Source: Octopus vulgaris (lineage: Eukaryota). From it: 64,000 nt of DNA. The stretch spans positions 6,944,001 through 7,008,000 of the forward strand of contig OX597826.1 in the NCBI GenBank assembly GCA_951406725.2. Reading direction: 5' to 3'. The notes under the pieces were generated by a model. It was not told where the DNA came from and made no database searches. It saw only the letters and a program-made list of their open reading frames with translations. Position numbers and translations under genes: made by a program. Below, piece after piece: positions 1 through 12,148 of the stretch (positions are counted from its first letter, which is position 1; each line of letters opens with the position of its first letter).

Positions 1-134
1 TTTATGCTCCCAGTTTCCCTATATAAGCGAAAGACTGGTTTGTTTGTACCGCTCATTATATTTTGCTCTAGAAGCGGAGACGTGGAATCTCGGTTGCTAA
101 ACGTTAAGTGCGGGCTTCTACACATACATACATG

Positions 135-184
<50 letters not shown>

Positions 185-1479
185 CACATACATACACGCA
201 TTCAAACATATAAGTACATGTATATGTGCGTCGGTGTATGTATACATAGATATATATACGTGTATATACATTTATTTATGAGAGTAAATATACAGAGATA
301 TATATGTGTGCGTGTGCATGTGTGCGGGTATGTGTGTGTGCATGTGTGTGTTTGTGTGTGCGTGTGTGTGTGCATGTGTGTGTGTGTGTTTGTGTGTGTG
401 TGCGTTTTCTATAAGTTTTCCTGAAGTCTTACGGACTGATTTTGTAGATAAATGGAAGGCTCGGTGAAGATGAGTATTGCTGCCGATCTTCGGCCTAAAA
501 TTCTAGAGAAGCATAAGTACATGATGTTTCATTACATGAAATCATTATTCTTTCATTTCATGTTTTTTACTCTTTCACTGAAGCGCCCTCCTTTTTCTCT
601 TGGTTTGCCAGTCCTAAGCTCGTCCTCTAATAATCTTTACAGTCATCATAACCTTTCTATCTATCCCTGTGGATTGTAGCAGAGATTTGTTATTTCATTA
701 GCTTATGCATATAAGTGTAGTGTGGAGCAAATTTGCTTCAGTTTGGGGAGTCCAGCTCGCTTGTAGGACACTTGTGGTACACCATTTACTGTCGAATAAT
801 TACAAAAGGGGAAACGGACATATTTAAGATTGAATGTACGAACTATGACAATCATATCTCTCTTCATGTAATTCAGACTGCGTACTTTCAACATAGCTCG
901 TGGACATAAATGATGAAATCACTGGAGACCAAGTATGCATGGCTAGGTTTAGACTCGCTGTTTAGTACAGAAGTCAAGCCAACGAATCTGCCTCAAGTGT
1001 TCAGAGTGAGGACAAATGAATTATACATTTCGAACAATTATTTATTGAGTCAAAACTATTGAAAAGTTTGCAAGACGCAACGAAAATTTTAGGAAAATAA
1101 AAATAAGAAATAAGTGGAAATTTTACCGGTGAGTGTGTTATATTATAAGGCACAAAAAGAAAATAACTCTCCTCAGACACAATAGAATATGCTTCAATAC
1201 ACGAACTCATATAAAGAATATTGCAAACCAAATCCAAAAACGAAATATTTCTTGATATAGTTATCGATTCTAGCATCAAAACTACTAATAATGAGCGATT
1301 GGTGCATAATATATATCGGACTATTTTTTGGTAGAGTCCTAATGAACCTCGCTGAAACACAATATGTGTCCGACTGAAACAAAAGAAATTAAAAAATTAT
1401 TCAAAATATGTGTTTCTGTTTTCAGTGTCATTAGATTACATTAATACGTAAAACTTGATGCAGTGAGATGCATGATAAC

Positions 1480-2420
1480 TTCTATTTCATTTTATCTTTA
1501 TAAATTTCAAAGATGAACATTGGATTCGTGGTTGTTGTGTAAAGCTCCGCATTTGGTAGAAATCTCTTCAGCGATTTGTGTCGCTTTTTGCATTTGATGA
1601 GTTTATGCGTTTTCAGGATGTTGTTCATTTTTGGATCTCCAGTTAGTAAAGTGATATTTTGTACAATATGCCTCACTGTTTCTAGGATTGTGGGTTGATA
1701 TTGGCAGTAGTGTTTTGAGATGAGCTGTGGTGTTTGGCACGCTTAATTCACTCGTTTGTGAGAGTAGATATTGCCTTTCAGTTAGCGTTATTTTGAGGTC
1801 TTGGAGACGAATGTCTCTAGTAGTTCTATCAGACACTATTGTGCAATTCCTTTTTGCCAAATTAAAGGGGATATTCATTTTGATGTTTTTCGAGTGGCAT
1901 TAACTAAAGAGGAGATATTGTTTCGAGTCCGGTAGTTTATGATAGATGTCAGTTATAATTTGACTGTTGACTGTTTTTTATCATAATGTTCAAAAATGGG
2001 AGCTGTTCTTTGTTATATTCCATTGTGAACTGAATGTTACTATTCATTTCATTTAGTGTTGATTTAAAGTCTAAAAGTTTGTCAATGGTCTCCTTCCAGA
2101 TGATAAAACAGTCATCCAGGTATCTTTTCCACCTTTCCCTTATGTAATGGTAAAATAGGTAGCCATATTTTTGAAGTGACACTTCATATATGGCGAATTC
2201 AAAATAACCCATAACCAGGTTCACGGGAACAGGGGCTGCTTTATTTCTCATCGCAATTCTGCATGTTTGGCGATAGTATATGTAATCAAATAGGAAATAA
2301 TTATTCTGAAATACAAATTTCAATGAATCAATAATGGATATCTGGTTTATGCGTTCCGGGAGTACTTCGGGGTACATTTCCAACCAGAATTTGATTGCTT
2401 TTATTCCACCTCGTTAAATC
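1480..2420 (-). mobile_element. Penelope-like element (PLE) fragment: reverse transcriptase core, thumb and linker, decayed
   Basis: ORF 1949-2383 has YYRQTCRIAMRNKAAP..NLVMGYFE (cf. PLE GTAMG..AP..ANLFM), WKRYLDDCFIIW and LPFLNIMI. ORF 1603-1878 has NIPFNLAKR..RL..LK..L..RQY, typical of the PLE thumb. Frameshifted; no GIY-YIG endonuclease seen. Confidence 0.85.
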
Positions 2421-2603
2421 TTTCGCTCATAAATTTCACACACAACATGGACCTAAAAATTTCTTCTCAAGAAAATACGTATTTAAATAAATTTTAATGT
2501 CATGAATAGCGAAAGCAAAACCGGTCGACAAACACAATGAAGATATATTAAAAATTATATCAAAACTATGTAAAGTGTGTGCTTTTCCTTCTTTAATTTC
2601 TTA

Positions 2604-2665
<62 letters not shown>

Positions 2666-3750
2666 GGTATATATATGTGTGTGTTGAGTATGTATAGTCA
2701 CTTCAAGAAATGAATTATTTCTCATATTTTTCTTTACTCCCCTTTTGGAATGATGCAGAATAGATGGGAAAAACTCCAACGGCAAAGCTTTAAAATCACT
2801 TTTAAAATCTCAGTCAGCTTTCTTCACCGTTATAGTCTAAGAATGAAACTTGAATATAGATTTCATTAAACCTGGCAACAATAAACAATGTAAACACAAT
2901 TTTGTGTGGAATAAGTTGTAATTTTCTTTTTAATTACCTCCTTTTCATTTTCAGTGTTGTTAAAATTTGCCGAAAGTTTATGCTTATTTGTATAACCAAA
3001 ATATAAACTTTAATTGATTTACATTTTTTTTGCAAATGTCATTTAGTACATGAATGCCTAAAGGAAAATTTATTTGCATGTTTTCATATCTGATTTTCAC
3101 AGACAAAGTCTATTTAAAGAATTCATTTTGTGATTAATTTAAGTAAACACGCTGTCTTCATACTGAAGTATAGACAAATAACATTTGCCTCTTATACATA
3201 TACACAGAGGTCCATAGAGGTACGATCATCAACTATTCACGACCAGCTTCTATTGTACATAAATTCTATAGTGAGAAGCAATTAACATCTTAATAAATTT
3301 CATTGACAAAATATAGATAAATAGATTATAAAAAGCATTGAGTTACATATTTTACGTGGCTCTGTCATCGTGATCAGACATAGATCAGACATAGTGTCGT
3401 TGCTTCACCTAAAGACACAGAGCAACACCAACGGAGTGGCGGTTGGGACAAAGAGGGCTGCACCTGCATCGGTCGCTATTCATTTCTTCTTAGGACGTTG
3501 TAGCAATTTCAAATGAAGGGCATTGCTGGAGTACAGAAATCACCGGCCGGTCAAGGAACTGAACACGTAATCTTATAATTGGGGTTCCACATTACCAACA
3601 TCCTAACATCTAGCAACTAGGCAACTAACTATATACCTGGGCAAATTAAAAATTTAAAAAAAAAACAGAAAAAACAATAGAATTCAAACGGACACAGAAA
3701 AAATATTAGACAGACGGTCAAGGAAAGTAAGATGGAAAAGAAGAGGTGGG

Positions 3751-3783
3751 TTTGAGGTCTAGAGCATGGCGCTTCGTCAGAAA
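3751..3783 (-). ncRNA. Degenerate minimal hammerhead relic in a short repeat
   Basis: Minus strand reads ttt-CTGACGA-a-gcgc-cat-gctc-taga-cc-TC-aaa. CUGANGA is intact, but the GAAA box is mutated. Confidence 0.35.
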
Positions 3784-5818
3784 GAAGGTCCGGAAAGAGG
3801 GAGAAGAATAGTCCGTGAAAAGCACGTGATGTCGTTACTTGGCGGGAAAATATAAAAGAATTCAATACGTATATGTTCTAGAATTAAGTGTTAGGCGAGT
3901 ACAGAGCCTATTCTTCATAACTGAATGACAAAAGAACAATAGTTACATTATCTAGTTCATTAGCTTACGACTGTTTCTTTCATTTCAAACAGTATTCTCA
4001 GAACTGAATGCTTATATAAGATCATATAATTCGTTCGGAACCTTACCCATGAATGCGGGCCGGTTTAATTTTGTTGTCTAAATCATGCTGCATTATATAG
4101 TATTCCACCGAGGCTTCGTACCTATGTCACAATCCCGATTTTCGGAAATAGTCTTGACTTTGCATGCTATCACTTATCCCAAAATGGCGACCTGGAGTCT
4201 ATTTGCAACGTATGTTATTAAAAATATCCTGAAATCATCCATTGTTGTCCAGTATTAGAATATCTACGAGGATATGCTTGCTAGGAACATAATACACTAG
4301 AGGGAGGTGCAATAGTATATAATTTCTAATGTAGCTCTACAGAGCAAGTAGCAAGGGAAAGGACACGCCTGCTCTGAAGGAACTACAAAGAGGATAACAA
4401 AATTTAATTCAAATCTACACAAACACAAACACATATGTATATATATTTGTGTGTATATATTTATATATATATACGTATATGACAAATATTAAGCTAAACT
4501 CCATTGTATTTATGAAGAAGAATACTCTATTACAATGTCTCGATACAGTAAATACAAGAACACAGCCGACAAAGAGATAGCAACAATAATTCAATTATGT
4601 GGCTGTCTATAATGCAGATGGTTTCAAAGAGAGAAAGCATGATATAAAGACGATATGAAACTCAGAAAGAACGTTTAGAAGAAACAAAACCGTATTCCTC
4701 ATTCATTTTATACATGTTACAATTTCAATGAATGTTATTCAGTTCGGCTTTCAGGTGTGTTTATCTAAATGTTAATATTATTACCTTTTGTTAAGATATA
4801 AAAGACAGTTATGCTGTATCTACTTATGTAGATATAGCTTTTTTCTTTTTCTTCCGTTTTTTTTATTTATCTATTCATTTATTTATCTTTGCTGTTGCTG
4901 TTGCAGTAACAGCTTCTATCCAGTATTATATCTATGTTATTAAATGTACGTTCCTTAGCGTATGTTCGCCATTATAGAGGTAAGCGCGCTTGTTTGCATA
5001 TATATATATATAAATTTGTGTTCGTGAATGTGTAGGTTTCTCTGTATGTGCGTGTCTTCAGAGTTGCTGTGTGTATAGGTTATTTATTGGAGTATCTGTG
5101 AAATCAATGGCACTAAGTAAATATTTCTACATTTGTACATTTGTATATATAAATAATATGTTTAGTATAATGAATATTTCATACGTATGCTTATATATAT
5201 ATATAACGTATACATATATGTGTGTGTATGTAAGTATGTATGTATTTATGCATGTATATAGGTTTATAACGTACATACATATATATATACACATTCGTAT
5301 GAGATTCATTTCATGGATAGACACAGTTTAATATTAATGTGTTTGAGAAGCCATCCGCTATTTACATTGGATTAAACATAACAAACACTCGGGTGTACAC
5401 ATACACGAAAATTACTAATTTCACAAAATATTTCGTTCTTATATATATACATTATTTTCAGGCATACAGTCATATGTACATGTGTGTGTATGTATATATG
5501 GACATATCTTTATATATATATGTATATACATATATATATATACATATATATACATATACATATACATATATATGTTTACTTGTATGCATATATATTTATG
5601 TATATGTATGTATATATATATATATATATGTAGATATATAAATATAAACATATACAATTATATACATATATATGCATAAATACATCTATATATACATATA
5701 TGCATGTATACACATCCACATCCACGTGTGTATATATTTATATATATATATGTATGTATATTTGTTATATATACATACATATATATATAATCATGCATGT
5801 ATATATAAACATATATAT

Positions 5819-5914
<96 letters not shown>

Positions 5915-6967
5915 AAATTTAATATAGATTGAAAAAAATAACGTGTTTGTTATTGTCAATGCTATTCATTGCTTATGAGTATGCGAGATCGCTAAAGTTG
6001 TTTACAAGTAGGTTTCTATGATATTTATTTTATTGGGAAATGAAATGTTGTTATGCCCCAAAGATCCATTGATGTTATGGATATAGTGCTTTAATCGATA
6101 TGGAATGCATACACGTGTACAATGTCGCACAGACTGTTTTAAGTTTTTTGTTACAATTGATTGGATTTCAAGGTTAACAGAACCTATTGTATCGCAGCTA
6201 TTATATCATCCAATCGAAATATGATCTTAGAAGTATTGATACCCACCTAAAGACTTCCACTCTTTAGTTAGTGGTATCGTCGTTCTTGTGAAACTAGGCA
6301 CCTACTTGTAAGGCTGTTTTTCGTTTGTATTGATGTCAGCTGTGGAAAATCTCTACGTTCAACAGTTTTAGACAAATAGGTAAAATCCATCACCTATAGC
6401 TTTTCAGTCCAGTAGTCTGTATTTGTTTTCAGACAAGTTCACCATCCATTGCCATCTTGTTCGTCCTGTCGCGACTTTACTATATTGCTCATTTTTCTGA
6501 GTGGACAATAGCAATATAAAAGGAAGTTCCCCAAGTCCAACGCTTCCCAAGTCCAGGAATCGAAATCACAATCTCACGTGTATGAATCCAACATCCTATC
6601 AACTAAGATTAGAATGTTGTCGTCATGATCAGACATCTCCACATAAAGGCAACAACTTATACAAATTCGTAGCAATGATGCTGTGAATGACTCCTCAGGA
6701 TGTCAAATAGGGACACACACCACCCCGTGATGAAGCACCTTACATCTTAGCAATCGCACTAATAGACCGCGTTGGGAGCAGTAATTCATATATTAATACG
6801 GAAATTTTGAAGTACATATTTGATATTGGTGACGTTTAAACGAAACAACATTTAAGTGTCAATATAATAAAAATCAAAGACATCGTCTTCAAGGCTTTGT
6901 AGAATTTTCGAGTTGGTCAGGAATACAACTTATTAATATAGTAGCCAGGTTGAAAGGAGCAACAAAA

Positions 6968-7337
6968 GAAGGCGCAATGGCCGAATGGTTAGGGCAGTGG
7001 ACTCGCGGTCGGAGGATCGCGGTTTCGATTCCCAGATCGGGCATTCTGTGTGTTTATTGAGCGAAAACACCTAAAGCTCCACGAGGCTCCGGCAGGGGGG
7101 GTGGGTGGCGACCCCTGTTGTACTCTTTCGCCCCAACTTTCTCTCACTCTTTCTTCCTGTTTATTGTCCCCGACTTCCTACGCAACAGCTGAGCCTTGAT
7201 GCGCATTCATCCATCCGTCGATGCTCTCAGTGTCGGGGGTTGACCTGCTTTCTCTTCTGCGGGTCTTACGAATAGCAAAGAACCACGTTTCGGACTTCTC
7301 CCATCTTGCGAGCTCTGGGACGAATGCCGTTCGCTCA
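6968..7337 (+). mobile_element. tRNA-derived SINE, head/body type A with 3' tail type 1
   Basis: A box (tggccgaatgg) and B box (gtttcgattcc). The first ~190 nt are near-identical to the copies at 23757 and 30701. Runs into a (CAG/CAA) repeat. Confidence 0.85.
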
Positions 7338-7424
7338 ACAGCAACAGCAACAGCAGCAGCAGAAGTAGCAGCAGCAGCAGAAGTAGCAGCAGCAGCAGAA
7401 GTAGCAGCAGCAGCAGAAGTAGCA
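7338..7424 (+). repeat. CAG-derived 15-bp minisatellite (agcagcagcagaagt)x4
   Basis: Directly visible at the SINE tail. Confidence 0.9.
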
Positions 7425-7716
7425 AGCCCATTCACGACGTGCACCACTGTAAGAAACTTCAACTTCTGACTGTGATCATCAATATGAATCGACTATTGAA
7501 ACCGAGTAGTTGTAATGATTATCAACAAAAATCATTTGTAGATAGATCTTCCGTTTGATTCCCGCGGTACAGGTTTTTCAATCAAATTGACTGCTTCCTT
7601 ATTTATCGATAACTTTGCCGGTTGAGTACAGGACTAGAGAAACTTGTACCGCAGGACACGGTGAGATAGTGCACTAAGAATGATAGGACTTTCAATTTCA
7701 CATAGATTTTCAGATA

Positions 7717-8227
7717 CCGTAAATCCTCGAGTATAACACGCATTTTCCCCAAAAAATTTAAATGTCAAAATCCCTAGTGCGTACTATATTAGGTTAAAAA
7801 TGAAAATTATTTTCTAAGCAATGTCCGAGTCTCTATTTGCTGTCTGGTTATGTTTATTCAGACACATTTTGTGATGTCGGGTGCGAAAATACTTTAAGCT
7901 AAGCCAGTAAGTCATGAAAGGATAATCTATAACTTGCAGTAAGCAACATTTATTAAGCGTTATAGCTGTTAATACTGTTATTTCTTTATTTTCTACAAAC
8001 AAAATAATCACAAAAGCTACACGTTTGCATTATGTTATATATACACTTATAGTAAAACACGCTACCGTATACATTTTTACAAACCATGGACGTTATATAG
8101 ACCTCCTTGACTCAAGTTAGAGAAGGGGTGCATATTATACACAAGGTTTAGGTTTTTCAGAGGTACCGACCCCTAAAAATCCCCTGCGTATTATACTCAA
8201 GGGCGGATTATACTCGAGGATTTACGG
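7717..8227. mobile_element. Non-autonomous Tc1/mariner-superfamily MITE (CCGTA-type TIR, Tc2/pogo-like)
   Basis: Perfect TIRs ccgtaaatcctcgagtataa / ttatactcgaggatttacgg, with TA on both flanks (7715-16, 8228-29). No coding capacity. Confidence 0.9.
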
Positions 8228-8399
8228 TATGTCTGAAATCTCAGTATCAAATATATATTCAGAATTTCAGAAAATTCATTGGTCGGTTTTCAGGCAAATT
8301 CCCTCTTCTCATTTTCGGTCACATTGATTGAGTTAATCCAGAGTAAATGGAAGAGAGTTATCCAAGATTCCACATAATGAAAACGAAGCGAGGAACTCG

Positions 8400-9300
8400 T
8401 GAGAAGGAAAAACAAACTGCTCATCCAACATATTGTGGAAAGTAATAACCTGTTACGTGCATGTTAGTTAATCATAATATTGTCAATACAGATTACTAAC
8501 AAGCCAAGACATCCTAGAATTTTAGAAAAGTGATAATGTAAGAAAATGAAGCCCAAATTGAAATATATATGAAAATACGAAGTCAGTCATGATCCTCAGA
8601 ACCAGGGGTTGAACGACTAATAATATGAGAACACACTAGAGATAAAACAAAAAAGCGGAACACCTACACAAAATATAAGCACTTGCAAAGTAATGAAAGC
8701 TCTATAGGAGTGTATTATGTCCAGAATGCAGCTGAGACTTGACACCTCAACGAAATACATTTGAAATAATAACTTATAAAGCACCTGATGCTCTACCGAA
8801 AATATGATAATAAAAATTATCCCAAAAGCAGAGAACTCATCATAACGTAACAGAATCAGAGAAGGCATAAAACAAGGACCAAGAAGTTGACCAAACGAGA
8901 TTGTACAGAAGTCCGTTTACAAATATATAAGGAACAAAAAAATATGCGCTGTAACTCTTATGCTGTAACATACAAAGGCAAAGCACGCAGTACAGAGAGA
9001 TGATGGATATGTCTTACAATAGGTTTAGCCAAAGATGTAATACATGTAAACGGAACGACTATAACAAGCACACGGGCTCGGACAGCGGTGGGAGATTAAT
9101 TCAAGATATTCATGAAATAAAACTTCTTAATATAGTATCGAACAAACCAAGTGGTCTTAATGAAGTAGAAGGAGAGTAATCTGATATTAAAATAACATTG
9201 AAATAATCAGATATTATGGCGAAAGGATATCAAGTGGAAGGCACCTGACGATGTATTAAAAATAACGGAATAGATCTATGAGCAAAATAAATTAACACGC
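8400..9300 (+). mobile_element. Highly decayed non-LTR retrotransposon fragment (possibly R4/Dong-like)
   Basis: A-rich coding-like composition. DIKITL...KWKAPD near 9183-9252 resembles the IT.....NWKAPGPD motif upstream of RT. Many stop codons. Confidence 0.3.
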
Positions 9301-9396
9301 AAAGGAAAGAAATTGAAAACACACATTACATTACCGTCTTTTAAACTATAATAATTTTCCTTCTGTAATAAATAATTCGTTTCATAAAATGTTTAA

Positions 9397-10199
9397 TCTC
9401 TCTATATATAAACGGCAGTTTGTCTGTCTGTGTGTCTGTGTGTCTGTCAGGTTGTACCCTCACCCTGACTACGGCTTTCAACCGATTCTGATGAAACTTG
9501 ACACACACGTAGCCCAATGTCATAATTCAAAACTAACGCAGCGAAAATTTTTTTTAAATCCCCCAGTTCTGAAAAACAATAGATAAATTCGACATGGGTC
9601 GAGAATCTAAGCTTTTTATATGCAACACATTTTCTACAGACTGTCTAGGGGACGCAACTCGACCTTTTTAACTCTCCGAACACGCGGGGTAAGTATCCCA
9701 AAATGTATAAAAATGTACAAAAACGGCAAAAAAGCGGGCAGCAATGTGAGTGACAACAACGAAAAAGTCAAAAGTGACCAAACTGAACAAACGAATGGAA
9801 AAGGTTTTTTGATGCACACGACAAAAGCAGTTCATAATAAACCAAGAGTTTGCAAGTAGCGTCCGAGGACCCTTAGGGTACGTCAAAAATTTAAGGTAAA
9901 ACGTTTGGGGTGGTAGTTATAAAGAAAGTGTAAACAAAAACGTATTCGAATAACTTGCGGCTGCAGCAGCTATTAGCAGAAGTGGCGGTGTTGGGGGTAA
10001 AGTCTCGAATGTAATTTCTTCCTGATAGGAATTGGTTCGGTTGAATTATCGATAGTTGTTTGATAGTTATTTGGGAGTGACGAGAAGACATTGCAACCTA
10101 CACATGCGTCTTTGTTCCCTAGAGGGAAAGGACTAGATTGGGATTAGTTGTTGCCTACTAGGGGCTCTTACATACCCGGGCAACGCCGGGCTATGCTGG
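9397..10199 (+). mobile_element. Non-autonomous Helitron
   Basis: 5' A|TC start followed by a gtctgtctgtgt microsatellite. 3' GC hairpin cccgg-gcaacg-ccggg (10175-10190) followed by CTGG|T (CTRR). No TSD. Confidence 0.8.
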
Positions 10200-10456
10200 T
10201 AGTTAAATATAATTTCTTGCTTTGGATTTTCTGGGATTATATAATGTTGACTGTTTCTAACAAGAATGAAATGGTGCTATATGAATATAAATTCGAAGAT
10301 GTTTCTAATATATATAATCTAAACCGGCAATATATCTGTATGTATATGTATGGATTATGTATGTATGTATGTATGTATGTATGTATGTATGTATGTATGT
10401 ATTATGTGCATAAGCCTGCTTCCCATTTGCAACCTCGAAGCCTTAACAGGTGATGG

Positions 10457-10504
<48 letters not shown>

Positions 10505-10506
<2 letters not shown>

Positions 10507-10650
10507 CTAAAAATAAGGGTGTCTGAGAGACACCACCATGCCGAAATAGCAGTCAAATCCCTGGCTCTAAAAATCACGTGGTTTTTAGAGTCAGGAATTT
10601 GACTGCTATTTCAGCAAGGTGGTGTCTCTCAGACACCCTTATTTTCGGTT
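10505..10650. repeat. 146-bp spacerless near-perfect palindrome
   Basis: Two 73-bp arms centred on cac|gtg (10577/10578), with 7 mismatches by manual alignment. Flanked by (TA)n. Confidence 0.9.
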
Positions 10651-10704
10651 GTAAAAAATTATTACCTTTGTATGGTATTTTTCCCATGCTGGCCACTTGA
10701 TAAT

Positions 10705-10740
<36 letters not shown>

Positions 10741-10768
10741 AAGAGTTACGGAATGGAGTAGATATGAT

Positions 10769-10857
10769 TCGGCTTACATACGTTTCATAGCGAGCGGAAC
10801 CTCAGAAGTGGTAAATAACCAGGCGCGCTGTATACCGCAGGCTACTCTTCAAGCCAA
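10769..10857 (-). ncRNA. Degenerate type I hammerhead ribozyme with long stem II
   Basis: Minus strand: ttggc-TTGAAGA-gtagc...gctat-GAAA-cgtatg-TA-agccga. C3 is mutated or deleted. Same architecture as 34683-34760. Confidence 0.55.
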
Positions 10858-11089
10858 GGACACCTTGATTAAATGGAAGTATACATTGCCGCAAGGAAGT
10901 ACATTTTAACGCATGGAAAATTTAATCAGAATATATATATATATATATATATAGTCTTTATTATGTTTACGTGACTCTGTTAAGTTATGATGAGCTCTCT
11001 GCTTGTGGATATTATAACAATCTTCGCTTTTTAGTGAAGATATAACGGGTGCTTTATAAGTTATTTTTTAAAATATATATATTGTCTAA

Positions 11090-11599
11090 CTACCCAGCAA
11101 CCTAGGCGCGTGAGTATCACGTAAGGCTAGAAATGAGAGCGATGCATATTCTATACAGGCACAAACTGTGTGCCGGCAGCCAACTGCAAAGGATGTTTTG
11201 CTGGGGCTAAGTAACAGTAACATCGTCCTTGTATAGGACTGCCACATTATGTTGGCAAATAAACTTTACTATTTGGTACTGTTACTGCATATCTAAAAGT
11301 GTTTCTCTTTACGAGATCTGTGATGGTGTGTCGCTTCAAAAACCTATAGTATTTGCAAATGGAGCGAGTCGTCATCACTAGCCGGTGATTGTCTCACACT
11401 GAGGACGGTTAACCATCCAGAAACCTAGGTCTGTGAGTATCACGCAAGGCTAGAGAACGGTGCGATTACCTCCCTTGCATATGCTATACGGACACGCACT
11501 GTGTGCCGGCAGCCAACTGGAAAAAGTGTTTTCCTTGGGCTAAATAACAGTAACATCGTCCTTGTATAGGACTGCTACATTATGCTGACAAATAAACTT
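11090..11599 (+). mobile_element. About 1.5 tandem copies of a ~323-333 nt hammerhead-bearing non-coding unit (retrozyme-like or PLE pseudo-LTR)
   Basis: 11095-11266 is repeated at 11417-11599 (cctagg at 11101 and 11424; aaataaactt at 11257 and 11590). Sits between simple-repeat tracts. Confidence 0.75.
11385..11443 (+). ncRNA. Minimal type I hammerhead ribozyme
   Basis: gtgat..ctcaca-CTGAGGA-cggttaaccatcca-GAAA-cctagg-TC-tgtgag.atcac. Stem I ctcaca/tgtgag with a gtgat/atcac extension, intact core, palindromic stem III ACCTAGGT, GUC cleavage triplet (11429-31). The stem II closing pair is C.A. Confidence 0.85.
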
Positions 11600-11618
11600 C
11601 TCTCTCTCTCTCTTTCTA

Positions 11619-11728
<110 letters not shown>

Positions 11729-12148
11729 CAGGAGGTGACATTTTTTGAACACAGCGTTGCAGTTAGAGCACCAGAAATACTGAGCTAATTACCCTTACTC
11801 GATCCATTATCCCTCAAAAACGCAGGCCGAATGCTTTACCATTAAGCTGAACTGTCTTCTGACAAATTCAACTATCCAATTATACGCTAAATAGTATAGC
11901 TTTTATAGAACAACCATGTAAAGAAACAAATTTTTTTTATTAAAAGCATCGAAATGTGCATCGTACAATACACATTTCGACGCTTCTAAGGAAATAACAA
12001 ATATTTGTTTGTTTACATTTATACACCACGCACACACACACACACACATACACACGCATACTCGCACACACGCACACCTATCTATATATATGTGTGTGTG
12101 TTTGTGTGTGTGTGTGCGTGCGTGTATAGATACACACACGCATATATA

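Noticed and set aside
1120-1180. Minus-strand CTGAGGA-gagt...actc-ACCGGT hammerhead-like string
   Set aside because: The GAAA box and stem I complement are missing.
6968-7040. tRNA gene-like sequences (also at 23760, 30703, 62298)
   Set aside because: No complete acceptor stem; they continue into SINE bodies, two of them with TSDs.
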